A stretch of DNA of 57,620 bases from a virus. Lineage: Duplodnaviria; Caudoviricetes. The notes beneath the pieces were generated by a model. That model was not told where the DNA came from and made no database searches. It saw only the letters and a list, made by a program, of their open reading frames with translations. Both the position numbers and the translations under genes were made by a program. Location: the IMG/VR virus record IMGVR_UViG_3300021508_000002, positions 1 through 57,620 of that record; one strand, 5' to 3'. Shown here piece after piece: positions 15,424 to 27,300 of this stretch (positions within the stretch are counted from its first letter, which is position 1; each line of letters begins with the position of its first letter).

Positions 15424-16551
15424 ATGGATAATGAGAAAGTAGAAAATGTATTTAGTGGGTGGGAAACGCAAGAGGGAGGGAGTTTTTTTGGAGATGCTGT
15501 AGTAGAAACCTCACCTGAAGAAGAAAAAGAAGAAGGGATTGCTGAAGAGGAAAAGGTAGATGTAGAAGACAAAGAGGTTGAAGAAGTTGAAGAAAAAGAA
15601 GACATCTTTGAAAACATTACAGCAGAACCAGAAGATACTACGCAAGTAGAGGAAGTAGAAGAAGTGGAAGCAGGGGAGCAAGATAGTGCTGCAATCACAA
15701 CACTTAATTATTTAAGGGAAAGTGGTGTTGCAGATCTTGGTTCCGAGGGAGAAGATCTCTCTTCTGAAGATGCAGAAGAACTTATACAAGATTCTATTAA
15801 TAAGAGTGTGGATACTACTATTGGTGAAATGTTTAGTGATCTACCTCAAGTTGTTAAAGATATCAACAAATATGTATTAGATGGGGGTAATGTAGAAGAG
15901 TTTCTTTCAAGTATTGTAAAATCTAATAGTGTTGGCATAACTGAGAACATAGATTTAACTGAAGAGGTTAATCAAAAAAAGGTTATAATAAATCAATTGA
16001 AATCTGAGGGGTATGACCAGGATTATATAGATAGCCAAATAGATTTTTTGAAAGATTCAGATAAATTGGAAAGCACTTCAAAAACTCATTTCAAAAGATG
16101 GAAACAAAAAACAGCAACAGAAAGAGAAGATCTGTTGGCAAAACAAGAAGAGCAAAAGCAAATAAAAAAGAAACAAGCATTAGAGTTCAAACGAAAAGTA
16201 AAAGACTTTGTAAGAAAATCAAATAAAGTTAAGGGATTTACTTTATCTAAGCAAGATAAGTTGGAACTTCCAAAATATACAACAGAGAGAACTGTAAAAT
16301 TAAGCAATGGTTCTGTAGTTACAGAAATGCAAAGTGATTTATATAAGGCATTAGAGGATGAAGAGAATTTTATGCTAATGGCTAAATTATTAAAATCAGA
16401 TTTTGATTTTTCTAATATAGAAACAAATATAAAAACTGAGGTAAGTAAAGAGATAAAAGCTTCTGTAAGAAGGGCTTCTAAAAATAAACCGTCTAGGTCG
16501 GCAACACAAGGTTCACAAAAACAAAAAAATGAGTTGGCTGATTTCTTTTAA
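15424..16551 (+). CDS. Acidic head-assembly (scaffold-like) protein
   Basis: Glu/Asp-rich N-terminus and helical C-terminus; lies between portal and MCP. Confidence 0.6.
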   Translation: MDNEKVENVFSGWETQEGGSFFGDAVVETSPEEEKEEGIAEEEKVDVEDKEVEEVEEKEDIFENITAEPEDTTQVEEVEEVEAGEQDSAAITTLNYLRESGVADLGSEGEDLSSEDAEELIQDSINKSVDTTIGEMFSDLPQVVKDINKYVLDGGNVEEFLSSIVKSNSVGITENIDLTEEVNQKKVIINQLKSEGYDQDYIDSQIDFLKDSDKLESTSKTHFKRWKQKTATEREDLLAKQEEQKQIKKKQALEFKRKVKDFVRKSNKVKGFTLSKQDKLELPKYTTERTVKLSNGSVVTEMQSDLYKALEDEENFMLMAKLLKSDFDFSNIETNIKTEVSKEIKASVRRASKNKPSRSATQGSQKQKNELADFF

Positions 16552-16577
16552 CAATTAAACTATTATAAATAAAAATT

Positions 16578-18029
16578 ATGGCAACACTTGGAAGTAAACT
16601 AATTACTAAAGAGATGGAATGGAATGCTAATATGACAGATCTCAACCATTTGGGGTCAGCCTTAGTAGCAAAACCTGCAAAACTCATGGGGAAAATGGAT
16701 CAACTGTTTTCAGCCCAAAACTATTACTCTGACAACCCTCTATTATCTATCTTAGGTGGTGGTAAGGAAAAGGAGCACCCAACAACAGATTGGACTTGGG
16801 AATTAAAAGGTGCAAATACGAGACCATTAGTTGTAATGGAAAATGTATTACCGGTATCTGAAGCTACCCCTGGAAAATTTGGGTTAGAGTTTAAGATAAA
16901 ATTAGATGAGAACTGGTTTGTACCTGGGGATGTGTTAAGTCCTGGAGCTTCTAACAAGAAGTATCAAGTACGTGTAATGCAAGAAGTGCAAAGACATGGG
17001 GATGGTTGGGTGTATTCTGTGCAAATGGTTACGAATAATGACTCTGATTTTATACCTGTTAAGTATTTAACACCTGGAACACAGTGGTCTAAACTATTCT
17101 CTCAGTATGAGGAGGCTACAGAGCAATCAGGATCTACTCAATTTAGTTTACCTATGTCTTTGAAAAATCACATGGGTAAATATCGTAAAAAGTATAAAAT
17201 TACTGATTATGCTTCAACTGAAGTGTTAGCGGTGGCAATACCTGACTCTAATGGGAAAATGCACACTTCTTGGATGAAATATGCTGAAGTTGAATATTGG
17301 AAGCAATGGTATAAGGAATTAGAAAGAGGTGCTTGGTATTCAAGATCTTCTGAAACTGTTATTGGAGCAAATGGGAGACCTGTTAGGTCAGGTGCCGGAT
17401 TGCAAGAGCAACTAGAAGATTCTCATGTACATAAATATTCTCATTTATCTGCAAAATTGATACAAGAGTACCTAATGGATATTTTCTATTCAAGGAAAAA
17501 ACCGGGTTCAGGAAGAAATGTGAAAGCTTATACTGGAGAGTATGGAATGATTATCTTTCATGAAGCTATTCAAGATTTAATGAATAAATCTGGATTTATC
17601 CAAAATGTAGAAGTTTATACAAATAAAGTTAAATCTGATTATCACGATAATGCTTTGGGGGCAGGATATCAGTTTGTTAGGTATAGTTTAGCTAATGGTG
17701 GAAGTATCGAATTGATTCATAACCCATTATATGATGACAGAGAGATTAATTCCGAGATAGACCCTGTAACAGGTTATCCCGTAGAATCTATGAGATTCAC
17801 ATTTTTAGATTTTGCTGGAGAAGGTGGTTCTGATAACATTCAATTAATGAAGAAAAAAGACAGTGAGTCTTTTGTATATGTTAATGGGTCTTTTGGGCCA
17901 ACTGGACCAAGTAAGGCAGGTACTGCTGCACATGCTGGAGACTACTATGAAATGCACGTAGGTAAAGTTTGTGGTTTGCACGTACAAGATGTGAGTAGGT
18001 GTGGGGAATTGATCTTATCTAGATCATAA
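16578..18029 (+). CDS. Major capsid protein
   Basis: 483 aa; GAGLQEQL, YTGEYGM..F, ELIHNPLYDD segments recalled from crAss-like MCPs; followed by a strong terminator. Confidence 0.88.
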   Translation: MATLGSKLITKEMEWNANMTDLNHLGSALVAKPAKLMGKMDQLFSAQNYYSDNPLLSILGGGKEKEHPTTDWTWELKGANTRPLVVMENVLPVSEATPGKFGLEFKIKLDENWFVPGDVLSPGASNKKYQVRVMQEVQRHGDGWVYSVQMVTNNDSDFIPVKYLTPGTQWSKLFSQYEEATEQSGSTQFSLPMSLKNHMGKYRKKYKITDYASTEVLAVAIPDSNGKMHTSWMKYAEVEYWKQWYKELERGAWYSRSSETVIGANGRPVRSGAGLQEQLEDSHVHKYSHLSAKLIQEYLMDIFYSRKKPGSGRNVKAYTGEYGMIIFHEAIQDLMNKSGFIQNVEVYTNKVKSDYHDNALGAGYQFVRYSLANGGSIELIHNPLYDDREINSEIDPVTGYPVESMRFTFLDFAGEGGSDNIQLMKKKDSESFVYVNGSFGPTGPSKAGTAAHAGDYYEMHVGKVCGLHVQDVSRCGELILSRS

Positions 18030-18051
18030 TATTTACTTATTAGACAATTAT

Positions 18052-18093
18052 AGAGGTCTTACAGCTGCAATAGCTGTAAGACTTCTTTTTTTT
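18052..18093 (+). terminator. Intrinsic terminator
   Basis: GTCTTACAGCTG-CAA-TAGCTGTAAGAC then TTCTTTTTTTT. Confidence 0.9.
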
Positions 18094-18149
18094 ATGATGT
18101 TATTTCTTTATCTTTGCAAATAAAGAAAGTTTAATTTACTGAAAAAATT

Positions 18150-18944
18150 ATGAGAATTGAGGTAAGGCCATTAGAAATAAAGAGATGGCATAATAAAAAG
18201 GGGAAAGAAAGTTTTAAAAATCCTATAAAAATACAAGCACTTGTAGATCCTTACAAGATGACATACAGTACAGGACTCTCTAGTTCTGATATAGATAAAC
18301 TCAAAAATAAAGGGTTTAATTATGATCTAACAAATAATTACATGAAAGGGGAATTACACCCTTTTTGGGATAGCTCAATGGGAGTTGTAAAGTTAGAAAA
18401 TCATAGTATGTTTTTTGACACTGAAAATCCCGTAGATTTTATTAAAGTTAAAATAATGAAAGCTTCTGAACAAGTTGCTAATTCAAAACAAGAGTGGGAA
18501 AATGGAATATTCCCTGATGCTACTCATGTAATATATGATGAAAATGCAGGAGTGGAGGTTAAAGCTACTAAAATAGCTGCCAAGAAGAAAGTTATTATTG
18601 AGTCAGCAAATCTTTCCAAAGAAAGGAAAGCACAAATAGTTGTAATACTCAGTGGAAAATCTTGTGCTGGGAAAAGTGATAACTTTGTTGAGGTGGCTTT
18701 GGATGAACTAACTGAAAAGAATCCAATAGAATTATTACGTTATGTAAGAATGGATTCTGAAGATGTGTCATTGCAAGCTTTAGTTTCAGAGTGTCTTCTT
18801 AGAAGTATTTTGATAAAGAAGGGGCACAAGATTTATTATATGGATTCTAATTTGGGAGCTAATGTCTTAGATGTAGTAGAATACTTAAAAGAGCCGGAAA
18901 ATCAAGATTTGAGGCTAAGATTAACTTTGGGACTAGAAGATTAA
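18150..18944 (+). CDS. Conserved crAss-like protein downstream of MCP
   Basis: Position in the capsid module; own -7 box at 18109. Confidence 0.6.
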   Translation: MRIEVRPLEIKRWHNKKGKESFKNPIKIQALVDPYKMTYSTGLSSSDIDKLKNKGFNYDLTNNYMKGELHPFWDSSMGVVKLENHSMFFDTENPVDFIKVKIMKASEQVANSKQEWENGIFPDATHVIYDENAGVEVKATKIAAKKKVIIESANLSKERKAQIVVILSGKSCAGKSDNFVEVALDELTEKNPIELLRYVRMDSEDVSLQALVSECLLRSILIKKGHKIYYMDSNLGANVLDVVEYLKEPENQDLRLRLTLGLED

Positions 18945-19646
18945 ATGACGATAGAGGAAATGCACTATGACTTCAAAATGAAGTTAAATAAAGTTGATAG
19001 TCAACAGTATAAGAATTTCCTCATTCCAGAAATCGATTGGTTATTAAATGAAGCACAAGAGATATTTGTCAAGATAGTTGCGGAACCAAGAAAAAGAAGT
19101 TATTTGGGGTTTGAAAAGACTCAAAGGACAATAGACGATATTAGGACAATAGTAATTACTGATAAAATTGTCCCCATAGAAAAAAGTATAGCACTATTAC
19201 CCACAGATTATTGGCATTTCTTGAAAGCAAATGTTAGAATGACTAAGGGGGGGTGTAAAAATATAAATGCAAGGTTGAAGCTCAGGCAACACGATGATGA
19301 GTTTGAGAATAGCCCTTTTGACAATTCTTCTTTTGAATGGAGAACTGTTAATGGAGTTTTTAATAAAGATGGTATTAAGTTTTATACAGATGGTACATTT
19401 ACCAATACGGATGTTGAGCTAAGTTATATAAAAAAATTAAAATATATACACAATGCTAAAGACTTCCGTAGTGGAAAATATAAGTTGCCTTCTGGGATTC
19501 TCTTGGATAAGTTCTGTAATTGTGAACTACCGAACCAAACACATAGGGAAATAGTTGATTTAGCAGTATTAATTGTAACAGGACAAATATATATTCCTGA
19601 TTATCAAATTAAGCTAAATAAATTAAATTTAAATGATTTAAAATAA
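18945..19646 (+). CDS. Head-tail adaptor / ring protein
   Basis: MT..EMH..F...L.K.DS...F...EID..LN.AQ N-terminus and CELP...H.EIVDLAV C-terminus, recalled from crAss ring proteins. Confidence 0.7.
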   Translation: MTIEEMHYDFKMKLNKVDSQQYKNFLIPEIDWLLNEAQEIFVKIVAEPRKRSYLGFEKTQRTIDDIRTIVITDKIVPIEKSIALLPTDYWHFLKANVRMTKGGCKNINARLKLRQHDDEFENSPFDNSSFEWRTVNGVFNKDGIKFYTDGTFTNTDVELSYIKKLKYIHNAKDFRSGKYKLPSGILLDKFCNCELPNQTHREIVDLAVLIVTGQIYIPDYQIKLNKLNLNDLK

Positions 19647-19653
19647 TACAATT

Positions 19654-20841
19654 ATGAGTGTAAATAATGATGTATTTCAAGTTTTAGTAACAAAAGGTAA
19701 TCAAGCAGTACTTCCAGCAGGGGGTAAAGTAGATACTCTTGGAGTAGGGCAAATTGGGGTATTTGATGCAAATACAAATTTATCTTTTACGGCAGGGGCT
19801 ACTGTGAAAGACTTTTTTATCGCAGTTGGTGTAGATAAGACAGGGGGGAGTGTTACTAATTCTATAAACACCTCTGCTGGACAATTAATCCAGAAGAAAA
19901 ATATTAGAGCATATAGTTTTAGACCTCATACAGCAGCAAGGCCCCAGGTAACAGAACTTACAGACTTCACATCAAGTTGTGATACTGATTATTCTGTGAA
20001 GATAGAATTTAGGAATCAAGAAGTTTATCGTAGACAGGGGTACAATCAGTTTACTAAACTATATTCAGTTAGAACAGCTTGTTGTGATGGTTGTGAAACC
20101 TGTCCTACAGGTGATTGTAACGAATTAGCAAAACTTTTGATTGAGAATATTAATTCAGATTCTTCAGGATTAATATTAGCAGAAGCTATTGATGGACCGG
20201 GCGGTGCTGTTGTTGCGGATATTGATGCATTTATTGCAACAAATGCTGCGGTGAATAGTGATGCAGATAAAACAAATGATGTTTGTCTTTCTATTAGGTT
20301 GACTACTATCCCATCTGCTGTAGAATCTTATTGTAGTATTAACACTAGGTATTTTAAGCCTAGGGATACTGTAGTTATTGTTTCTTTGGCAGGGGGTTTT
20401 GACTGTACAGGTAAAATTACTGTAACACAAGAGGCTGCTTTCGAAGAGGGTTCCGGTTATGATGTTATGCAAAGAGAATATAAGGCAGGAGGTTACAATG
20501 GTAAACCAGGGCCTTATAGAGCAGATGCAACTACTGGACTAGCGACTACAGGATTTAAATATTTTGCAGAAGCTGGTATACAGTATGATAAAATTGCTTT
20601 GACATATGATATGTTTTCTGTAAGTGGGTGGCAAGAACATTTTAATAACTTAGCAACAGAAATTGCCGTACCTGCAGTAGACATTATTACTAGAGATGCT
20701 CTAGTGGCAGTGTTAGATAGTATTGTCACTCCATTTGGATATGATGCATTAGCAGATGATGCAGCAAGTGCAAGTGTTGATCCAACAGTAGTAGAAACTA
20801 CTTCGGGACAAGACGACCCAGCATTGGATGGAATTGGTTAA
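19654..20841 (+). CDS. Virion structural protein (auxiliary capsid-like)
   Basis: Structural module position; followed by a terminator. Confidence 0.55.
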   Translation: MSVNNDVFQVLVTKGNQAVLPAGGKVDTLGVGQIGVFDANTNLSFTAGATVKDFFIAVGVDKTGGSVTNSINTSAGQLIQKKNIRAYSFRPHTAARPQVTELTDFTSSCDTDYSVKIEFRNQEVYRRQGYNQFTKLYSVRTACCDGCETCPTGDCNELAKLLIENINSDSSGLILAEAIDGPGGAVVADIDAFIATNAAVNSDADKTNDVCLSIRLTTIPSAVESYCSINTRYFKPRDTVVIVSLAGGFDCTGKITVTQEAAFEEGSGYDVMQREYKAGGYNGKPGPYRADATTGLATTGFKYFAEAGIQYDKIALTYDMFSVSGWQEHFNNLATEIAVPAVDIITRDALVAVLDSIVTPFGYDALADDAASASVDPTVVETTSGQDDPALDGIG

Positions 20842-20891
20842 GATGAAAAGTATATTTTTTTAACTTTAATTAATATATTTTTCCCAATAAA

Positions 20892-20927
20892 GAAAGAGGG
20901 TGCATTTATTGTAACCCTCTTTTTTTT
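20892..20927 (+). terminator. Intrinsic terminator
   Basis: AAGAGGGTGCA...TGTAACCCTCTT followed by a T-run. Confidence 0.8.
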
Positions 20928-20958
20928 GAAGTATCTTTGTAGCTAAATATGTTCCACC

Positions 20959-21549
20959 ATGATTAATCTAAATTCTATAACCATTGATCAATTCTCCTCA
21001 AAAATAGATGTAGATGTCTCTACAGATGTTGGGAACCTTTTTACTAAGGTACTTTTATGGAAATCAAAAGATTTTAAAAAGTCTTCCAAAGTAATTGATC
21101 TATCTCAACTACTTCAAAAAACTAATAATATTGAGTCTTTTGCAATATCTGCACAAGATATTGAAATGAAAAATGTAACAGGGTTGTTCTTTATAGAGTT
21201 CTTCACAGATGAGGTGATAGTCCCAGAAGATTGTGTGAAGAACAGCAATGTTTCTTTAGCAGTAGTGGCCAACCTTTTGCCATATAAAGAGTGTGTGCTA
21301 AGTAAAACCCTATCTCTTGATATAAAAGGTTGTGGTACGGGGGGTTGTGAGAGTGTTACATTAATATCTACTTTATTAAGCACATTACAGACAACAATTA
21401 AGTATGGATTCTACGAGGAGGCTGTTAAAATTATAGAATCCTTAGATGAGTTATGCACGGATTGCGACAATTGCCCAGATTACAAAAACACACTTCTAAT
21501 AAATGAAGAGGGGTTTGGGACTGTAAATAACGCTATCATACTTATTTAA
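20959..21549 (+). CDS. Cys-rich putative virion protein
   Basis: ORF track; abuts the next gene. Confidence 0.6.
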   Translation: MINLNSITIDQFSSKIDVDVSTDVGNLFTKVLLWKSKDFKKSSKVIDLSQLLQKTNNIESFAISAQDIEMKNVTGLFFIEFFTDEVIVPEDCVKNSNVSLAVVANLLPYKECVLSKTLSLDIKGCGTGGCESVTLISTLLSTLQTTIKYGFYEEAVKIIESLDELCTDCDNCPDYKNTLLINEEGFGTVNNAIILI

Positions 21550-24375
21550 ATGTCTCAGATAAATAATAGGAAAATATTGATTGGTAGCACATCTAAAAAA
21601 CTAGATGAAGATATTATCTTGGGACATAGAAGTAAATCTATTCTTCCTATACTCTCCGTATTAATAGAAGCTATTAGGTATTGTACAGAACAATATAATA
21701 GTAGTATTTCACAAAATTTCGGAGATCTCGGAAAGTATGAAGAAAAAATTAAATTCTTAAATATAAAACTTCAAATATTAAAATATAAATGTAAAGATGT
21801 TTGTATTTATAAAGATAGATTTGTAAAGGTAGGTTTTACAAGCACTGCACCCACAATTCAAGACAACCTGATAGAACTCCCTATATTAAACGAGTTCCAA
21901 GATTTAAATTTTACAGATGTTGTATATAGTTTTAATGACCCTGAAAACAATTTAATATCAAATGTTGTGGTATTATCAAAGGATTCAGAAAATACTTTAA
22001 AGCTAAATACTTTAGACGCTAGTATTAATACACTAGTTCCTGTACCTGTATATTTTACGGCAAGATATAAAACTGATAACTACATATATTTAATAAAGAA
22101 CACAGGAGACCCTTGTACATCAAATATTATAGAAATTGACAAGTCAGATTATGACAATAAGATAAATTCTAATTGGAATGTGCTAGAACTATTCAATGCT
22201 AATCAAACAACATTTCAAAAATATGCAGATGGTGCCTTTGTGACAGAAACATTACCTTCTATAGATTTAGGAACTTCAGTAGATGTTCAAATGTCAGTAA
22301 AGGTACAGGATAATAATCCTATAAATCCCTTGTTTTCTAATGTAGCCAATATAATACTTAGATACACTTCAGAGTGTATACAGGTACTTGCCTGTACTTC
22401 CGGAATTACTAAAAATATAAATTTACCGTTTGGGGAAAACTATACATTCTTATGGGATGATTTTACTTCAGATGTAGCAGCAGAGAAAGTAAAAATAACC
22501 TCTTTACTTTTAACACAAGGAGCTTTGCAGTTTGACAATACAGATATTATAAGTCTTCCTATAATATTAACCAAAAGTAACATACAGGGTGGAAATTTAA
22601 TATATGTTGTAGACACATTGGCACAAAATATCACAACTATAGAGGTGGGGTTTAATGTTTCTAAAGAAGGAGACTCTAATTTTTGTACTGAAACTTCTAT
22701 TATAGAAATTAAAAAAGAAGCCAATCCAATTATACCACCTGTAATTTTAGGACAGGATTTAAATTTAGTAGTACCTTTACCTGATAGCATTACATCTTCT
22801 AATATGGATATAGGTATAACTTACCCTGGATTAGACGGTTACACTATTTTGTGGGAGTTGGTTTCAGGTGATATTGATGTACAGTTAAATAACCCAATAG
22901 CAGAAGATTTAAGTTTAAGTAATTTGAAAGTTGGCGTTTATGTGGTTAAAATAACTGTAACTACAAATGTACAACCTTTTACAGTTACGGAAAACTATAC
23001 AATTACAGTAACATCCAATTACACACTGCCTACCATTGATGCAGGATCTGATAAGAGTATAACATTACCTGTGAACTTTAGTAGTGCAATAGCAACTAAT
23101 ACTGGAATATTTTCATCAATATTATGGTCACAAGCATCTGGACCAAATACAGCAATAATAAATAACATAGGTTCTTTAACACCATCATTTGACAGTTTAG
23201 TTGAAGGTATATATCAGTTTACAATAACAGGGAGTGATAACTATAGTAATATTGTCACAGACACTATGCAAGTTACAGTATCTCCTCCACAGCCTACGAT
23301 GACTGTACATGCAGGTAATCCTATAACAATAACATTACCGATTAATAATACTGCCTCTCAAGCTATTGCTTCTAATAGTACAGGGACTGTAACATATTTA
23401 TGGTCACAAATATCTGGCCCAAACACTGGGGGGTTACCCTTCCCTACAAATTCAACGGGAGTTTTTAATACTCTTATTGAAGGTATTTATGTATTTCAAG
23501 TACAGGCAACTGATGATAATGGTACGGCCACTGATACTGTGCAGATAACTGTATTACCTTCTATCATACCATTTTCAATTGATGTTGGTGCAGATGTGAT
23601 AATAACATTACCTACAAACAGTTCTGGTACACAGGCTATTCCCACAGGTGGTGTGGGTGTTATCACATATGTGTGGACACAACTTTCTGGACCTAACACA
23701 GCACTTTTGACTACACCTAATACAAATAGTGTGGGGTTTACACAACTAATTGAGGGTGTATATGTATTTCAATGTGTTGCCACTGATGATAATGGAACAG
23801 CTACTGATACAATACAAGTTATTGTAGAACCTGAACCTATAGCACCTTTAGCTATCACTGTCCCAAATGAAAATATAACACTTCCTATAAATTCTGTTAT
23901 ATTACAAGGTGTTGTGACAAGTGGTTCTGCAACATCTTACAGTTGGTCACAAGTCTCCGGTCCGACTTCTGCAACCATTACAAATGGTACTACCATAACT
24001 CCTACCATGTCTAATTTATTTGAAGGTAGTTATGTATTTGAAATTGTAGGGACCCAATCTGTCGGAGCAAATGTTATAGTATCTTGCACGGTTACAGTTA
24101 ATCCGGCCTTACAGGAGCTAACCATAACAGTCCAAAATACGACAATTACATTGCCTGTTAATAGTGTACAGGGAGCGGGAATTGTTATAGCAGGCACTGC
24201 CTCTATTAATTTATGGACACAAGTATCAGGACCAAATACAGCTACTATAGTTTCAGGAGATACAACAGATCCTTTATTGTCTGGTTTAATCCAAGGAGCT
24301 TATGTATTTAATTGGTCAGCAAGTGATGGAGTGACTACTGTAAATGTGGACAAAAATGTAACCGTGACAATATAA
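21550..24375 (+). CDS. PKD/Ig-like repeat protein (putative fibre or decoration)
   Basis: About 6 repeats of ~90 aa: ITLP.N...WSQ.SGPNTA...L.EG.Y.F...TD, from ~22740 to the end. Confidence 0.8.
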   Translation: MSQINNRKILIGSTSKKLDEDIILGHRSKSILPILSVLIEAIRYCTEQYNSSISQNFGDLGKYEEKIKFLNIKLQILKYKCKDVCIYKDRFVKVGFTSTAPTIQDNLIELPILNEFQDLNFTDVVYSFNDPENNLISNVVVLSKDSENTLKLNTLDASINTLVPVPVYFTARYKTDNYIYLIKNTGDPCTSNIIEIDKSDYDNKINSNWNVLELFNANQTTFQKYADGAFVTETLPSIDLGTSVDVQMSVKVQDNNPINPLFSNVANIILRYTSECIQVLACTSGITKNINLPFGENYTFLWDDFTSDVAAEKVKITSLLLTQGALQFDNTDIISLPIILTKSNIQGGNLIYVVDTLAQNITTIEVGFNVSKEGDSNFCTETSIIEIKKEANPIIPPVILGQDLNLVVPLPDSITSSNMDIGITYPGLDGYTILWELVSGDIDVQLNNPIAEDLSLSNLKVGVYVVKITVTTNVQPFTVTENYTITVTSNYTLPTIDAGSDKSITLPVNFSSAIATNTGIFSSILWSQASGPNTAIINNIGSLTPSFDSLVEGIYQFTITGSDNYSNIVTDTMQVTVSPPQPTMTVHAGNPITITLPINNTASQAIASNSTGTVTYLWSQISGPNTGGLPFPTNSTGVFNTLIEGIYVFQVQATDDNGTATDTVQITVLPSIIPFSIDVGADVIITLPTNSSGTQAIPTGGVGVITYVWTQLSGPNTALLTTPNTNSVGFTQLIEGVYVFQCVATDDNGTATDTIQVIVEPEPIAPLAITVPNENITLPINSVILQGVVTSGSATSYSWSQVSGPTSATITNGTTITPTMSNLFEGSYVFEIVGTQSVGANVIVSCTVTVNPALQELTITVQNTTITLPVNSVQGAGIVIAGTASINLWTQVSGPNTATIVSGDTTDPLLSGLIQGAYVFNWSASDGVTTVNVDKNVTVTI

Positions 24376-24379
24376 TAAT

Positions 24380-27300
24380 ATGTTAAACTTTGAGCAAGAA
24401 ATAAGAAGAAAAATACAATACCTTGTAGAACAAATACAATGTATAAAAGAGGGGGGATGTGCTTTTACTGAACCTTTGTTGGATTATAATTCCAGTAATG
24501 ATACATTATCTTCCACATATGTAAATAATCAAACAAAAACTGCATTAATACAATTACCTAAGAAAACTTCAGATTTAATTAATGATGGTGATGGAGTTTC
24601 CGGGCCTTTTGGAACAGGTGGAACAGGTGGTATAGGTGATATGGTTAAGACTGTATATGATCCTGATAGCATTAATGCAAATGCTTTTGATTATAATAAT
24701 CTAATTAATGTTCCTATAAATTCTGATGTAAAGGTTGTTAGTGGTTTTGTTGTAGGGAATAATTTAACTTTAGTATTATCAGATAATAACAATGTTATTA
24801 TAGATGTAACTACATTAGTGGATGGTGGTTCGGATATAAGGGTATCTTCAGGAAGTGTCTCAGGAAATAATTTAACTTTAACATTATCAGATTCTAGTAC
24901 TGTTGTTATAGATGTTTCAACATTAGTGACTGGATTGGATGTTAAACTAATTTCTGGTACTGTTTTAGGAAATGACTTAACTTTTACATTGTCAGATTCT
25001 AGTACTATTATTGTGGATGTTTCAACATTAGTCGGTGGAGGGTCTGCCAACCCATTAGTTCAAAACCTAACTTTACCAAATATTACAGATGTATTAAGTA
25101 CACAAGGAGTTCAAAATGCATTAAATTTACTAACAGATATTAAGTTAACCTCTGGAGTAATCTTAGGAACGAGCTTACTTTTAACATTAAGTGATTCAAC
25201 AATAGTATCAGTAGATGTAACAACATTAACGGATACAGGAAGTGACACTGTCCCAGTCTCAGGTGTTGTTGTAGGAAATAATCTTACTATAACCATGAGT
25301 GATGCATCCACAATCATTGTTGATGTCACAACATTATCGGGAGGTGGGTCTGGTAATCCACTAGTACAAGATTTAACATCCCCAAATGCAATAGACGTAT
25401 TAAGTACTCAGGGAATCCAAGATGCACTGAACGCAATGGGAGGTGGAGGAACAGATGATGAAAAGTGGATTCCAAATCATGATTATGCTGCAAAAGAAAC
25501 ATTTACAATTTCTCCGACTCAGCAAAATGCAGTATTAGCAAGCGGTCAAAAATTGACATTAGGAAAAGTGTATTCGGTGTATTATGATGTCGCAACAACG
25601 TCCTCAGCAACACTGGTATTATCTGAGATTTTAAAATTAGAACTATCAAATCCAAATGAATTGGTAAAAAGTAGGGAATTCGTAAACGGATCAATGCTTT
25701 TTGACGGAAATGTAATATACGATACTATTCACGTTCAAAGTGGTGTGGAATCATTTGCCTTGGTTTCCTCTGCTGATAACGTGCCAGGAGCTGAACACTA
25801 TTTAAAATACACTTCCAACGGAGATGTTATTAATTCAACAGCGGTCTTTAACGATTTTGGGAAAGGTGTTTTTGCATATATGCAATCCAATCCAGATACC
25901 TATGAATTAAAATTTGAATACATAAAAACCGATAATATTGAAGAAATATGGATTACTGCCAAAAGAGCTGAGTCTGTTGGTGTTTCAGACGTAACGGGGC
26001 AGCACCAAGGAAGCTACAACGAAGGAGATACGCTACCGGATGCAACTATTAATAGTGGAGATTTTATTTTCATATCAAAAAACAACAATGAATTTTGGAT
26101 TCAAGTATCAAATGGAGCAACGTGGGTTGATGATAAACAAATTGTAGACCCTATTGCAATACAGGCATTAACTATTGCGAATAATGTTCAGATACAATTA
26201 AATGACATATCGGTAGTGTCAAGACCATTTACACCTGTAATTACTTTTGATAGAGATGTAACTCACGCACCAATTTATAATCAAACAGGAGATATTACTT
26301 TGTCATTGGCGTCTTCTGGAAATATAACCGGAAAATCTCAATTTGTAAGATTTGTATCTAATGGAGGACAGATTAATTTTCCAACAGCATTTAAAGAAAT
26401 GCAGCTTGGTATGATTAACTATATGATATCAAATCCGGGGTCATATCCATTTATGACAATGTACATGGAAGAAATAGGCGAGGTGTGGATGTCGAGCCCA
26501 AGAGCCTCGTCTGGAGATGCGTCTACACCACAAGTAGCAACAATAGTTACCTTAAGTGTTTTGACAATTCAAGAAAACAACACCTTAAATCAAGAAATAG
26601 GAGACCTCGGAAGTGATGCTGTTCCAGATGCCACCTCATATGTATTAGCTGGTGCAGATGCGGCACACTTCAACGTTTTTGATAATGGAGGAATTTTAAA
26701 GTTAAGAGCTACTACCCTATTCAATTTCGAAGCCCCCGGTTCAGCAGCGAGCAGTAACGATTATTCATTAACATTTGCAGCGGTGAACAGTGAAGGGACA
26801 CAGGTAACGCCAACATCAATTACAGTATCTGTTACAGACGTTAGTGAGGCTGGCAACACCGTTCCAGATCATGTTGTAAACATCTTTGTAAGACCAGATG
26901 CTGGGGCTATAGATGACGCTATTCATATACAATGGGAATTGCCCATAAGTGATGGTGGCACACCAATAACAGGATACCAGATAGAAAGATCAACAGTGCT
27001 TGGGGGCGCTTGGAGCGTATTGGTTGTAGATACTGGAAATACAAATCTTGAGTATATTGATACAGGCGTTGGAGAGGGATTCTATGCACTATATAGAGTT
27101 GCTGCAATTAATAATGTGGGAACTGGAATTGCTTTTGGAATCGCAACCGCAATAACCGTAGATTTAATATCAGGAGGCGGATTTACAGGAGCTGTTGACA
27201 ATTTCAATACACATGCCGTTGGCACTAGCCCTTCAACGTTTGACGAACTATTAGGAAATTCTGTCACAGAAGATATTAGCGGAGGTGTCATTAGAGCATT